Assembly: GCA_964245345.1 (NCBI GenBank)
Contig: CAXTMS010000008.1
Coordinates: 1-36,520, forward strand
DNA from: an uncultured Acetobacteraceae bacterium
GTDB taxonomy: Bacteria; Pseudomonadota; Alphaproteobacteria; Acetobacterales; Acetobacteraceae
Direction: 5' to 3'
DNA: 36,520 bases
In this document: one piece after another, positions 1 through 11,931 of the stretch
Layout of the letters: each line of letters begins with the position of its first letter
Numbering within the stretch: the stretch's first letter is position 1
Translations under genes and position numbers: made by a program
Notes under the pieces: model-generated
The model's input: only the letters and a program-made list of their open reading frames with translations
What the model was told of the DNA's origin: nothing
The model's database searches: none

Positions 1-2402
<2,402 letters not shown>

Positions 2403-2488
2403 GCGGACCCACTACGCAGCGCCCGGGTTCGCCGCCCGCTTCCGCTTCATCCGTTCCGTGACACGATCATAAACCGAGGACGCCGTCG

Positions 2489-2962
2489 TTGCAGAAATTC
2501 CCCATGACCGGCCGCGGCCTGCAGCGGCTTGAGGAAGAACTCCGCAAGCTCAAGAGCGAGGAGCGGCCGGCCGTCATACGCGCCATCGCGGAAGCGCGCA
2601 GCCACGGCGACCTGTCGGAGAACGCGGAATACGACGCGGCGCGCGACCGGCAGTCCTTTGTCGAGGGCCGAATCAGCGAACTCGAGGAGATCGTCTCGAT
2701 GGTCGAGGTGATCGAGCCGCACACCCTGTCCGGCGACCACGTCAAGTTCGGCGCGCAGGTCAAGCTGGTGGACGAGGAAACCGACAAGGAAGTGTCCTAC
2801 CAGATCGTCGGCGTTTACGAGGCCGACATCAAGTCGGGCTTGTTGTCGGTGTCGGCGCCGCTGGCGAAGTCGCTGATCGGCAAGAAGAAGGGCGACACCG
2901 TTTCGGTGCCGGCGCCGGGCGGCGACCGCACCTACGAGATCCTGTCGATCTCCTACGGCTAG
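2489..2962 (+). CDS. greA: Transcription elongation factor GreA
   Basis: ARSHGDLSENAEYDAA motif; TTG start with GAGGA upstream; typical carB-greA order. Confidence 0.96.
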   Translation: MQKFPMTGRGLQRLEEELRKLKSEERPAVIRAIAEARSHGDLSENAEYDAARDRQSFVEGRISELEEIVSMVEVIEPHTLSGDHVKFGAQVKLVDEETDKEVSYQIVGVYEADIKSGLLSVSAPLAKSLIGKKKGDTVSVPAPGGDRTYEILSISYG

Positions 2963-2969
2963 AACCATC

Positions 2970-4166
2970 ATGATCGGGCTTGCCGAGGTGCGCGCGGCGC
3001 ACGCGCGGATCGCTTCCCGCCTGATCCGTACGCCCACCGTCGCCAGCGAGGCCTTGTCCCGGGCAACGGGGGCTGCCGTCACCCTGAAGCTGGATAATCT
3101 CCAGGCGGTGGGCTCGTTCAAGGAACGGGGGGCGGCCAACAAGCTGGCCCTGCTGGACCAGGACGAGCGTCGCCGTGGCGTCATCACCGTGTCCGCCGGC
3201 AACCACGCGCAGGGCGTGGCGCGGCACGCGAGCCTGCTCGGCATCGACGCCGTGATCGTCATGCCGCGCTTCACGCCCGCGGCGAAGGTGACGCGCACCG
3301 CGGCCTGGGGCGCGCGGGTGGTGCTGCACGGGTTGAGCTTCGCCGAGGCCACCGCCCACGCCAACGCGCTGTGCGAGACCGAGGGTCGCGTGTTCGTCCA
3401 CCCCTACGACGACCTCGCCGTGATGGCAGGCCAGGGCACCCTGGCGCTGGAGCTGCTGGAGGATGCCGGGCCGCTGGACGCGCTCGTGGTCCCGATCGGC
3501 GGCGGCGGCCTGATCTCCGGCAGCGCGGCCGTGGCGGCGGAGCTGCGGCCGGAGCTGGAGGTGATCGGCGTGCAGGTCGAGAACTACGCGTCGCTGTCCG
3601 CTTATCCCGCGGACGAGATCATGCCGCCGGGCGGCGCCACCATTGCCGAAGGCATGGCGGTGCTGCAGGTCGGCCGGCTCCCCCTCGAGGTGCTGCGGCG
3701 CCACGTCCGCCGCGTCCTGACCGTCACCGAGCGCGCGGTCGAGGACGCCATCACGCTTCTTGCGGAAGGCGCCAAGCAGGTGTCCGAAGGGGCGGGCGCC
3801 GCCTCGCTCGCCGCCCTCCTGTCCTACCCGGACCTGTTCCAAGGGCAACGGGTGGCGATCCCGATCTGCGGCGGCAACATCGACAGCCGCATCCTGGCCA
3901 ACACCCTGCTCCGCTCCCTGCTCAGGGATGGGCGGCTGCTGCGGCTGGTGATGGAGATCCCAGACCGGCCCGGCGTGCTGGCCGACATCGCCGACACGAT
4001 CGGCAGCGGGGGCGGCAACATCATCGAGGTGTCGCATCAGCGACTGTTTGCCGCCCCCAGCGTCCAGGCGGCCGAGCTGGAGGTCATGCTGGAAGCGCGC
4101 GACCCGCTGCACGCCGAGCAGATCGCCGACGCGCTGCGCGAACGCTACATCGTCCGCCGCGCCTGA
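2970..4166 (+). CDS. Threonine/serine ammonia-lyase (PLP) with C-terminal ACT domain
   Basis: GSFKERGA PLP lysine, SAGNHAQG, PIGGGGLISG, ACT-like IPDRPGVLA. Confidence 0.93.
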   Translation: MIGLAEVRAAHARIASRLIRTPTVASEALSRATGAAVTLKLDNLQAVGSFKERGAANKLALLDQDERRRGVITVSAGNHAQGVARHASLLGIDAVIVMPRFTPAAKVTRTAAWGARVVLHGLSFAEATAHANALCETEGRVFVHPYDDLAVMAGQGTLALELLEDAGPLDALVVPIGGGGLISGSAAVAAELRPELEVIGVQVENYASLSAYPADEIMPPGGATIAEGMAVLQVGRLPLEVLRRHVRRVLTVTERAVEDAITLLAEGAKQVSEGAGAASLAALLSYPDLFQGQRVAIPICGGNIDSRILANTLLRSLLRDGRLLRLVMEIPDRPGVLADIADTIGSGGGNIIEVSHQRLFAAPSVQAAELEVMLEARDPLHAEQIADALRERYIVRRA

Positions 4167-4178
4167 GGCACCGGCCGG

Positions 4179-4409
4179 CTAGGGCGCCAGGGTGACGTTC
4201 TCGTCCTCGACCGCGAAGCCCACCTTCAGCGTCACCTGGTAGTGCGCCACCCTGTTGTTCTCGATGTGGCCACGCGTTTCCACCACCTCGAACCAGCGCA
4301 TGTGGCGCACCGTCTTCGCCGCCTTGTTGATCGCCGAGTTGATCGCGTCCTCCAGCCCGGTTTCCGACGATCCGACCAGCTCGACCACCCGGTACACGTG
4401 ATCCGCCAT
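4179..4409 (-). CDS. Dodecin (flavin-binding protein)
   Basis: [11 protein letters not shown]...MRWFEV...[10 protein letters not shown]; AAGGAG RBS. Confidence 0.93.
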   Translation of the reverse strand: MADHVYRVVELVGSSETGLEDAINSAINKAAKTVRHMRWFEVVETRGHIENNRVAHYQVTLKVGFAVEDENVTLAP

Positions 4410-4441
4410 GCTTTGCTCCTTCAGGTTTCCGTTCCAGGTCG

Positions 4442-4466
4442 GACGCGGCAGGCGCTACCGGGTTCC
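4442..4466 (-). promoter_or_regulatory. Putative EcfG/sigmaT-type promoter for dodecin (GGAAC-N16-CGTC)
   Basis: Minus strand GGAAC ccggtagcgcctgccg CGTC, ending about 30 nt before the dodecin ATG; one mismatch to GGAAC-N16/17-CGTT. Confidence 0.5.
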
Positions 4467-5093
4467 GAACAGGCGGTCGCCGGCATCCCCCAGACCCGGC
4501 CGTATGTAGCCGTGCCCGTCCAGGCCGCGGTCGATCGCCGCGGTGACGACCTTCACCTCCGGATGGGCGGCGGCAAGCGCGGCCAGCCCTTCCGGCACGC
4601 ACAGGAGGCAGACAAAGGCGATCCGTGACGCGCCCGCTTGCTTGAGCCGGTCCACCGCGGCGATCGCGGAATGCCCGGTGGCCAGCATCGGGTCGACCAC
4701 GATGCAGTATCGCTCCGCCAGGTCTTCCGGCAGCTTGAGGTAGTACTCGACCGCTTCAAGCGTTGCGGGATCGCGATACAAGCCGACATGGCCGACGCAC
4801 GCCTCAGGCAGGAGGTCGAGCAGGCCGTCGAGGATGCCGGTCCCGGCGCGCAGGATCGACACGAGGCAGGGTGCCTTACCGGCCAGCCTCCGGCCCGTCA
4901 TCGGCTCCAGCGGGGTCAGGATCTCCGCCGGGTGCAGCGGAAGGTCGCGTGTCGCCTCGAAGGCCAGCAGCAGGCTGATCTCGCGGGTGAGGCGACGGAA
5001 CGCGGCGGTGTCGGTGTCCGCCTGCCGCAGCAGCCCCAGCTTATGCTGCACCAGAGGGTGGTCCACCTCCACTACCGACGGCAACGGGGTCAC
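4455..5093 (-). CDS. upp: Uracil phosphoribosyltransferase
   Basis: [29 protein letters not shown] motif, [16 protein letters not shown]; start trimmed to GTG at 5093. Confidence 0.97.
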   Translation of the reverse strand: MTPLPSVVEVDHPLVQHKLGLLRQADTDTAAFRRLTREISLLLAFEATRDLPLHPAEILTPLEPMTGRRLAGKAPCLVSILRAGTGILDGLLDLLPEACVGHVGLYRDPATLEAVEYYLKLPEDLAERYCIVVDPMLATGHSAIAAVDRLKQAGASRIAFVCLLCVPEGLAALAAAHPEVKVVTAAIDRGLDGHGYIRPGLGDAGDRLFGTR

Positions 5094-5110
5094 GGCAGCC
5101 CGGCCGCCGC

Positions 5111-5506
5111 TCAGCCGCCTGCGGGTTGGAAGGCGAGCGAAACGCCGTTCATGCAGTAGCGGTCGCCGGTCGGCAGCGGGCCGTCCGGGAACACGTGGCC
5201 GAGGTGGCTCTTGCACCTGGCGCAGTGCACCTCGACCCGGCGCATGCCGTGGCTGGTGTCGGTGGTGGTTTCGGTGGCGTCGGGAAGCGGGGCGAAGAAG
5301 CTGGGCCAGCCGCTGCCGCTCTCGTACTTGGTGTCCGACGAGAACAGCGGCGTGTCGCACACCGCGCAATGGAACAGGCCGTCGCGCTTCTCGTAGTTCA
5401 ACGGGCTGGTTCCGGCGCGCTCGGTGCCGTGCTCGCGCAGCACGTGGTACTGCTGCGGGGTCAGGCGCTGCCGCAGCGCGTCCTCGTCCAGGTTCAGATC
5501 GCTCAT
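5111..5506 (-). CDS. msrB: Peptide-methionine (R)-S-oxide reductase
   Basis: GTER, CAVC and CARC zinc pairs, [23 protein letters not shown]; ATG at 5506 with AAGGAG RBS. Confidence 0.97.
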   Translation of the reverse strand: MSDLNLDEDALRQRLTPQQYHVLREHGTERAGTSPLNYEKRDGLFHCAVCDTPLFSSDTKYESGSGWPSFFAPLPDATETTTDTSHGMRRVEVHCARCKSHLGHVFPDGPLPTGDRYCMNGVSLAFQPAGG

Positions 5507-5536
5507 CGTTTCGCGCTCCTTTGTGTCGGCAACGAG

Positions 5537-5563
5537 ATTTGGGGACGCCGTGCTGCGGCGCAA
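5537..5563 (-). promoter_or_regulatory. Possible RpoH-type promoter for msrB (TTG-N18-CCAAAT)
   Basis: Minus strand gTTG cgccgcagcacggcgtcc CCAAAT, 30 nt before the ATG; approximate match only. Confidence 0.3.
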
Positions 5564-5618
5564 CCCGGACCGCCTGGCTGCGCTTCGCATCGGAGAGCTA
5601 GGAAAGTGGGGTAGGATC

Positions 5619-5783
5619 ATGTCCGACACGAAGCGGGTTCCGGAAGCCGGCGAGGAGCCGGAAACCACCGAGGAGAAGGTCGACGAGGCGGTGGAGGACA
5701 CCTTTCCTGCCAGCGACCCGCCGTCCATCGGCGGCAGCACCGGTCCGGACGACGAGGGTGCCGCCGAACCCGGACGCAACTGA
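5619..5783 (+). CDS. Small acidic protein (54 aa) with DTFPASDPP motif
   Basis: MSDTKR...VDEAVEDTFPASDPPSIGG; purine-rich upstream sequence; followed by an intrinsic terminator. Confidence 0.75.
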   Translation: MSDTKRVPEAGEEPETTEEKVDEAVEDTFPASDPPSIGGSTGPDDEGAAEPGRN

Positions 5784-5803
5784 TCGCCTCCGTGTCGTCG
5801 TTG

Positions 5804-5838
5804 GGCTGCGAGCCGCAAGGTTCGCAGCCTTTTCTTTT
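5804..5838 (+). terminator. Rho-independent terminator
   Basis: GGCTGCGAGCC-GCAA-GGTTCGCAGCC stem (one G-U pair), GNRA loop, then TTTTCTTTT. Confidence 0.85.
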
Positions 5839-5882
5839 GGTGGCACACTCGCCCGGCCGGTCTCGAACCGCCTGAGGAGGAG

Positions 5883-7430
5883 ATGCCGATGTCGTCCACG
5901 ATCCCGATCCACCAGGCCAGGCGTCCGGTGATGCTGGTGATCCTGGACGGGTTCGGATGGCGCGAGGACGACACGGAGAACGCGGTGGCGCAGGCGGCGA
6001 CCCCGAACTTCGACCGGCTGTGGGCGCACGGGCCGCGCGCCTTTCTGCGCACCTGCGGCTGGGACGTCGGCCTGCCTGACGGGCAGATGGGCAACTCGGA
6101 GGTCGGGCACCTGAACATCGGCGCCGGCCGGGTGGTGATGCAGGAGCTGCCGCGCATCCACGCCGCCATCGCCGACGGCTCGCTGGCGCAGGCGCCGGCC
6201 TTGCTCGGCCTGATCGGCTCCCTCCGCCGCAACGGCGGCACCGCGCACCTCCTGGGACTGGTGTCGCCCGGCGGCGTGCATGCCCACCAGGACCACGCCG
6301 TCGCCCTGGCGCGGATCCTGGCGGCCAACGACGTGCCGGCGGTGCTGCACCTGTTCACCGACGGACGGGACACCCCGCCGCAATCCGGCCGCGACTTCGT
6401 CGCCGCGCTGCGACGCGACCTGCCGCCGCAGTGCCGCCTCGCGACGGTATCCGGCCGCTACTACGCGATGGACCGCGACACCCGCTGGGAGCGGGTGAGG
6501 CTGGCGCACGACGCGGTGGTGCTGGCGGACGGGCCGCGCGCGGCCGATCCGGACGCGGTGCTGGCGCAGGCCTACGCCGCCGGCGTCACCGACGAGTTCG
6601 TGCTGCCGACCGTGCTGGATGGCTATGCCGGCATGAAGGACGGCGACGGCATCGTGTCCTTCAACTTCCGCGCCGACCGCATACGCGAGCTGCTGAACGC
6701 CATCCTGGACCTCGACTTCGCGGGCTTCCCCCGTCCCCCGGCGCCGACCCTGGCCGGCGTGGTGGCGATGACCCGCTACAGCGACGACCTGGCCAACCGG
6801 TTGTCGGTGCTGTTCCCGCCGCAAAGCCTGGACGACCTGCTGGGCGAGGTGGTGTCCGCCGCCGGGCGCCGGCAGCTGCGCATGGCGGAAACCGAGAAGT
6901 ACCCGCACGTCACCTATTTCATGAACGGCGGCCGCGAAGCGGTACTGCCCGGCGAGGACCGCATCATGGTCCCCTCGCCCAAGGTCGCCACCTATGACCT
7001 GCAGCCGGAAATGTCGGCGCCGCTTCTGACCATCAAGGCGGTGGAGGCGATCGACGGCGGATCCTACGACATGATCGTGCTGAACTATGCCAACCCCGAC
7101 ATGGTCGGCCATACCGGAAACCTTCAAGCGGCGATCGAGGCGGTGGAAGCGGTGGATGCCGGGCTCGGCCGGATCGCGGCGGCGATCGAGCGGGCGGGCG
7201 GCGTGCTGCTGGTCACCGCCGACCACGGCAACTGCGAGATGATGCGCGACCCCGACACCGGCGAGCCGCACACCGCGCACACGCTGAACCTGGTGCCCCT
7301 CCTGTTGAGCGGACGGCACGACGTGACGCTCGGAAACGGGCGCCTGGCCGACATCGCGCCGACCCTGCTGGCGCTGATGGAGTTGGACCAGCCGGTGGCG
7401 ATGACCGGGCGGTCGCTGCTGGGCGGCTGA
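5883..7430 (+). CDS. gpmI: 2,3-bisphosphoglycerate-independent phosphoglycerate mutase
   Basis: ILDGFG, GQMGNSEVGH, GRYYAMDRD, AETEKYPHVTYF, NPDMVGHTG, TADHGNCE; GAGGAG RBS. Confidence 0.97.
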   Translation: MPMSSTIPIHQARRPVMLVILDGFGWREDDTENAVAQAATPNFDRLWAHGPRAFLRTCGWDVGLPDGQMGNSEVGHLNIGAGRVVMQELPRIHAAIADGSLAQAPALLGLIGSLRRNGGTAHLLGLVSPGGVHAHQDHAVALARILAANDVPAVLHLFTDGRDTPPQSGRDFVAALRRDLPPQCRLATVSGRYYAMDRDTRWERVRLAHDAVVLADGPRAADPDAVLAQAYAAGVTDEFVLPTVLDGYAGMKDGDGIVSFNFRADRIRELLNAILDLDFAGFPRPPAPTLAGVVAMTRYSDDLANRLSVLFPPQSLDDLLGEVVSAAGRRQLRMAETEKYPHVTYFMNGGREAVLPGEDRIMVPSPKVATYDLQPEMSAPLLTIKAVEAIDGGSYDMIVLNYANPDMVGHTGNLQAAIEAVEAVDAGLGRIAAAIERAGGVLLVTADHGNCEMMRDPDTGEPHTAHTLNLVPLLLSGRHDVTLGNGRLADIAPTLLALMELDQPVAMTGRSLLGG

Positions 7431-7439
7431 TCGCGGCGC

Positions 7440-8756
7440 GTGCGGGCCGTCCTGGCTGCGGCGCTGGGAGCAGGGCTGCTCGCTTCGGCGTCGGCCCAGG
7501 CGAGACCACCGCAGCACGAACGGACGGCCTCGCGCGCCGGCGCCGTCCACGTCGAGCGGCGGCACCTCGACACGCGGTTCCAGGCGCTGCGTGCGGTGCT
7601 TGCGGCGCGGGATGCGGCGGCACGCGCGGACGCCGCGCGGAGCGGCGCCAGGCTGGCCCAGGCCAGGCGCCGGGCGGCTGCCGATGCGGCACGTGCCACC
7701 GCCCTGTCGCGTGCGACGGTTGCCGCCGCCGCGCGCGCGCAGGACACGGAGCGGGACACCGCCCGCGCCACGGAACGAACGCAGGCCCTTGTTCTGCAGC
7801 AGGACGAGGCGCGACGCGCGCTCCAGGATGCCGAGCGGGGGCTGCAGGCCCTGATCCCGGCGGCGGTGCGCTTGTCGCTTTATCCCTCGGAAACGCTTCT
7901 CGCGACGCCGCGCGACGTGGACGACTCCCTTGCCGGGCTGATGGTGCTGGGCGCGCTGGGCAACGCGCTGGAGCGGACCGCCAGGACGGTGCGCGACGCG
8001 CAGGCGCGGCTGGCGGCGGCGGGCACGGCGCTTGGCGCGGAACAGGCTCGCCTGACGGTCCTGCAGCAGCGCCAGGACCAGCAGCAGGCGCAGCTCGCGG
8101 CCCAGGCGCAGGCCGCGCAGGCAATGGAGCGCGCGTCGCTGGCCCGGGCCGAGCAGGCCGCACACGTGGCGGCCGACGCGGTGGCCCGGGCCGCCACGCT
8201 GGGCGACGCGGTGACGCGGATCGAGAATGCCGAGCATGCCGCCCAGGCCCGGTTCGAGCAGCAGGCCGAGGCGGCGGAAGCGGCGCAACAACCCGAAGCG
8301 GCGCAGCAGGCACGCAACAACGCCGCCAGCCTGGCGGTGCCTGCCGGGCCGGGGCTGCAACAGGACGCTGCGCCGGGCGACGCGCCGGTCGCGGGGCGGA
8401 TCGTGCAGGCGTTCGGCAGCCGCGGCGATGCCGGCCCGGCGTCCGGCGTCACCTATGCCCCGCCTTCCCTCGCCACCGTCACGGCACCCTGCGCCGGGCG
8501 CATCGACTTCGCGGGCTCGTTCCGGTCCTATGGCCGCATGCTGATCCTGGATTGCGGCCGGGACTACCGCTTCGTGCTGGCCGGGCTCGACCGGCTGGAC
8601 GTGTCGGGCGGGCAGAACCTGGCCCGTGGCGCGGTGGTCGGGCGCATGCCGGCCTGGGGCGACGGAACCGGCCAGGGGCGGCCCAGCCTCTACGTGCAGC
8701 TGCGACATGGCGACGCGACCATCGATCCCGGGCGGTTTTTGCACGGGCCGCGTTAG
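7440..8756 (+). CDS. EnvC-like murein hydrolase activator (coiled coil + degenerate M23/LytM domain)
   Basis: Signal-like N-terminus, long Ala/Gln coiled coil, C-terminal FAGSFRSYGRMLILD...LYVQLR...IDP; position between gpmI and an S41 protease. Confidence 0.85.
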   Translation: MRAVLAAALGAGLLASASAQARPPQHERTASRAGAVHVERRHLDTRFQALRAVLAARDAAARADAARSGARLAQARRRAAADAARATALSRATVAAAARAQDTERDTARATERTQALVLQQDEARRALQDAERGLQALIPAAVRLSLYPSETLLATPRDVDDSLAGLMVLGALGNALERTARTVRDAQARLAAAGTALGAEQARLTVLQQRQDQQQAQLAAQAQAAQAMERASLARAEQAAHVAADAVARAATLGDAVTRIENAEHAAQARFEQQAEAAEAAQQPEAAQQARNNAASLAVPAGPGLQQDAAPGDAPVAGRIVQAFGSRGDAGPASGVTYAPPSLATVTAPCAGRIDFAGSFRSYGRMLILDCGRDYRFVLAGLDRLDVSGGQNLARGAVVGRMPAWGDGTGQGRPSLYVQLRHGDATIDPGRFLHGPR

Positions 8757-8877
8757 GTGTAATGTCGTGGAAAGGTGGATGAACGGTCGGGGCTGCCATT
8801 GTGGCATGCCGCCCCGTCGCCTGCTCCGGCTCTCCCACACAGGGCGCGCAACGGCCGCCTCCAGGAGTTGACACCGC

Positions 8878-10311
8878 ATGACGCTGCGAAATGGCCTGTT
8901 GCTCGGCGCCACCTTCCTGGTGGGCGCCGTGGCGGGTCCGGAACTCGGCCGGCTCGCGCGTCACGGCGACGGGTTCGGCATCGCCCTGGCCCAGGAGGTC
9001 GAACAGAAGCCCGGCACGCCCAGCAGCCACGCCGAAACGTATCGCCTGCTGACCCTGTTCGGCGACGTGTTCGAGCGGGTGCGCGCCGACTACGTCGAGC
9101 CGGTGACCGACCGCGACCTGATCAACAACGCGCTGAACGGCATGCTGACCGGGCTCGACCCGCACAGCTCCTACATGACCGCCAAGCAGTACGCCGACAT
9201 GCAGGTGCAGACCACCGGCAAGTTCGGCGGGCTGGGCCTGGAGGTCACCTCCGATGCCGGCCTGATCAAGGTGCTGACGCCGATCGACGGCACGCCCGCG
9301 TATCACGCGGGCCTCAAGACCGGCGACTACATCATCTCCATCAACGGCAAGAGCCTGGACGGCGTCGACCTGAACGACGCGGTGGACCAGATGCGCGGCG
9401 ACCCGTCGACCAAGATCACGCTCACCATCAAGCGGCAATCGAAGGACAAGCCGTTCGACGTCACCATGACGCGCGAGGTGATCCACATCCAGGTGATCCG
9501 CTCGGCGCTGTACGGCCGCATCGGATACATACGCATGGCCTCGTTCGACGAGGACACCGAAAGCGCCATGCGCACGGCGTTCGAAAAGCTGAAGACCAGG
9601 GCCGGCGGCAAGCTAGACGGGGTGATCCTCGACCTGCGCAACAACCCGGGCGGCCTGCTCGACCAGGCGGTGGCGGTGTGCGACGACTTCATCACCTCCG
9701 GCGAGGTGGTCTCGACACGCGCCCGCCATCCCGAGGACAGCCAGCGCATGAACGCGCACGGCACCGACATCACCGGGGGCCTGCCGCTTGTGGTGCTGAT
9801 CAACGAGGGCAGCGCGTCGGCCAGCGAGATCGTCGCCGGCGCCCTTCAGGACCACCGCCGCTCGGTCACGCTGGGCGTGCGCTCGTTCGGCAAGGGCTCG
9901 GTGCAGACGCTGATCCCGCTTGCCGGCGACAACGGCGCGATCCGGCTGACCACGGCGCGCTACTACACGCCGTCCGGACGCTCGATCCAGGGGCTCGGCA
10001 TCGCACCGGACGTCAAGGTGCGCGAAAGCCGAGAGGACGACAGCAAGTTCCTGCTGCGCGAGGGCGACCTCAACCACATCATCAAGAACGAGGGCGGCAC
10101 CAAGGGTGCCGCGACGCCGCGCACCGACCTGCCGGCGATCGCGAAGTCGATCCCGGACGCGCCGCCGGCGAACTGGCCGAGCTTCGACCCGACCAAGCCC
10201 GCCACCGACTTCCAGCTGCAGCAGGGGCTGAAACTGGTCAACGCCATGGCCGGCAGCACGGGCCCGGCGCCCGTCGCGCAGGCTTCGGCCGAGGCGAACG
10301 GCTCGCCCTGA
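8878..10311 (+). CDS. ctpA: S41 family C-terminal processing protease
   Basis: LDPHSSY, PDZ (FGGLGLEV), DLRNNPGG, SASASEI, FGKGSVQ; AGGAG RBS. Confidence 0.94.
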   Translation: MTLRNGLLLGATFLVGAVAGPELGRLARHGDGFGIALAQEVEQKPGTPSSHAETYRLLTLFGDVFERVRADYVEPVTDRDLINNALNGMLTGLDPHSSYMTAKQYADMQVQTTGKFGGLGLEVTSDAGLIKVLTPIDGTPAYHAGLKTGDYIISINGKSLDGVDLNDAVDQMRGDPSTKITLTIKRQSKDKPFDVTMTREVIHIQVIRSALYGRIGYIRMASFDEDTESAMRTAFEKLKTRAGGKLDGVILDLRNNPGGLLDQAVAVCDDFITSGEVVSTRARHPEDSQRMNAHGTDITGGLPLVVLINEGSASASEIVAGALQDHRRSVTLGVRSFGKGSVQTLIPLAGDNGAIRLTTARYYTPSGRSIQGLGIAPDVKVRESREDDSKFLLREGDLNHIIKNEGGTKGAATPRTDLPAIAKSIPDAPPANWPSFDPTKPATDFQLQQGLKLVNAMAGSTGPAPVAQASAEANGSP

Positions 10312-10312
10312 C

Positions 10313-11383
10313 ATGCGGCCGGCGGTTCGCGGCCTGCTTGGCGCCTGGGCTGCCTTCCTGCTCCTCGTCGGCGCGGGCGCCCTGACGCTGCAACGGCTGG
10401 GACCGCCGGTGTTGACGCCCGGCGACAACAGCCCGTCGCCGACGAGGCATTCGATGCAGGCACCCGTGCCAGCCGTTCCGCCCCGCCTGGCCGCGATCCC
10501 GCGACCCGGGCCGCCGCTGCGCACCGGCATCGCGGCCCCCGATCCGGCCCTGCTCGAGCCGGCGCCCGACTTTCCCGGACGGATGCTGCCGCGGATCGGC
10601 GCGAACGGGACCAAGCCGTCCGTCGCCTATGCCGCCCTGTCCGGCCCGCCGGTACATGGGCCGCAGGTGGCGGTGCTGCTGGAAGGGCTCGGCTTGTCGG
10701 GCGCGATCAGCCACGACGCGATCGACACGCTGCCGGCGGCGGTGTCGCTCGGGATCTCGCCCTATGCGCCCGCCCTGGACCAGCCGACGCCGGATCCGCT
10801 GCTGGAACAGGCGCGGCGGGTCGGGCACGAGACCTGGCTCTGCCTGCCGATGCAGCCGGCCGGGAGCCCGCTGGACGAGGAAGGCCCGCAGGCGCTCGAC
10901 CCGGCGGTGGATCTTGACCAGGACCGGCGACGCCTCCAGTGGGCCTTGTCGCGCATGCAGGGCTATGTCGGGGTCACCAACGCCCTGGGCGGCCTGCGCG
11001 GCGACCGCTTCGCCAACTCCCTCGCGTTCGAGTTGGTGGCGACGGCGCTGGCGGCGCGCGGTCTGCTTTACCTCGATGCGGGAACGGCGCCGCACGGGAC
11101 CGCGGCGACCCTGCCGGCGGGTCTCGCCCGCCATGCCGACCTCACGCTGGACGGCGATCCGGACGCGCCCGACATCGAGGCGCGGCTGGCGCGGCTGGAA
11201 CAGATCGCGGTGGCGCAGGGCAGCGCGCTCGGCGTCGCAGGCCCGCTTCGGCCGGTGGTGATCGAGCGGCTGCGCGCCTGGAGCCGCGACCTGCAGTCGC
11301 GCGGCATCACCCTGGTTCCGGTCAGCGCCCTGCCGCCGCCGCGTCCGGTTCCGCTTATCCATGCCGCAGCGAGCACGCCATGA
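10313..11383 (+). CDS. Divergent polysaccharide deacetylase family protein (YibQ-like)
   Basis: N-terminal TM segment, GHETWLCLPMQP, GYVGVTN, RGLLYLD, GITLVPVSAL; conserved position after ctpA. Confidence 0.85.
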   Translation: MRPAVRGLLGAWAAFLLLVGAGALTLQRLGPPVLTPGDNSPSPTRHSMQAPVPAVPPRLAAIPRPGPPLRTGIAAPDPALLEPAPDFPGRMLPRIGANGTKPSVAYAALSGPPVHGPQVAVLLEGLGLSGAISHDAIDTLPAAVSLGISPYAPALDQPTPDPLLEQARRVGHETWLCLPMQPAGSPLDEEGPQALDPAVDLDQDRRRLQWALSRMQGYVGVTNALGGLRGDRFANSLAFELVATALAARGLLYLDAGTAPHGTAATLPAGLARHADLTLDGDPDAPDIEARLARLEQIAVAQGSALGVAGPLRPVVIERLRAWSRDLQSRGITLVPVSALPPPRPVPLIHAAASTP

Positions 11384-11892
11384 TCGTCGATCCGTTCGCC
11401 CACCTGCCCTACCGGCCCAACGTAGGGGCCGCCCTGTTCAACAGGCAGGGACAGGTGCTGGTGGCGCGGCGCGCAGACCTGCCGAACGCGGAAGGCGCAC
11501 CCGGGATGTGGCAGCTGCCGCAGGGCGGCATCGACGGCAACGAGGATCCGGCGGTGGCGGTGCTGCGGGAGCTGCGGGAGGAGGTCGGCACCGACAACGC
11601 TTGTATCCTGGGCGAGCATCCGGAGTGGCTCAGCTACGACCTGCCGCCGGCGCTGATGGGCCGCGCCCTCGGCGGCCGGTTCCGCGGGCAGCGGCAGCGC
11701 TGGTTCGCGCTTCGCTTCCTGGGGCAGGACGACGAGATACGTCTCGACCTCGATCCGCATCCGGAGTTCGACGCCTGGAAGTGGCTGCCGCTTGCCGAGC
11801 TGCCGGCGGCGGAAGTCGGCTTCAAGAGGGATATCTATGCAATCCTGGCGGTCTCGTTCGCCCGGTTCGCCATCGGCGCGGACCACGGATGA
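11380..11892 (+). CDS. rppH: RNA pyrophosphohydrolase (Nudix)
   Basis: YRPNVG, WQLPQGGID..E..AVLRELREEVG Nudix box, RGQRQRWF; ATGA overlap with the upstream gene. Confidence 0.93.
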   Translation: MIVDPFAHLPYRPNVGAALFNRQGQVLVARRADLPNAEGAPGMWQLPQGGIDGNEDPAVAVLRELREEVGTDNACILGEHPEWLSYDLPPALMGRALGGRFRGQRQRWFALRFLGQDDEIRLDLDPHPEFDAWKWLPLAELPAAEVGFKRDIYAILAVSFARFAIGADHG

Positions 11893-11931
11893 GCTGGAGC
11901 ATGATCCGCCAGCCGTGCGGACGGACCTGCC

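Noticed and set aside
8340-8756. Active M23 peptidase, or decayed pseudogene
   Set aside because: Missing zinc ligands (no HxxxD or HxH) are normal for EnvC-type activators
5598-8912. 1104-aa minus-strand ORF
   Set aside because: Antisense shadow of gpmI/envC; low-complexity Arg/Gly/His-rich with no motifs, as expected from high-GC codon bias
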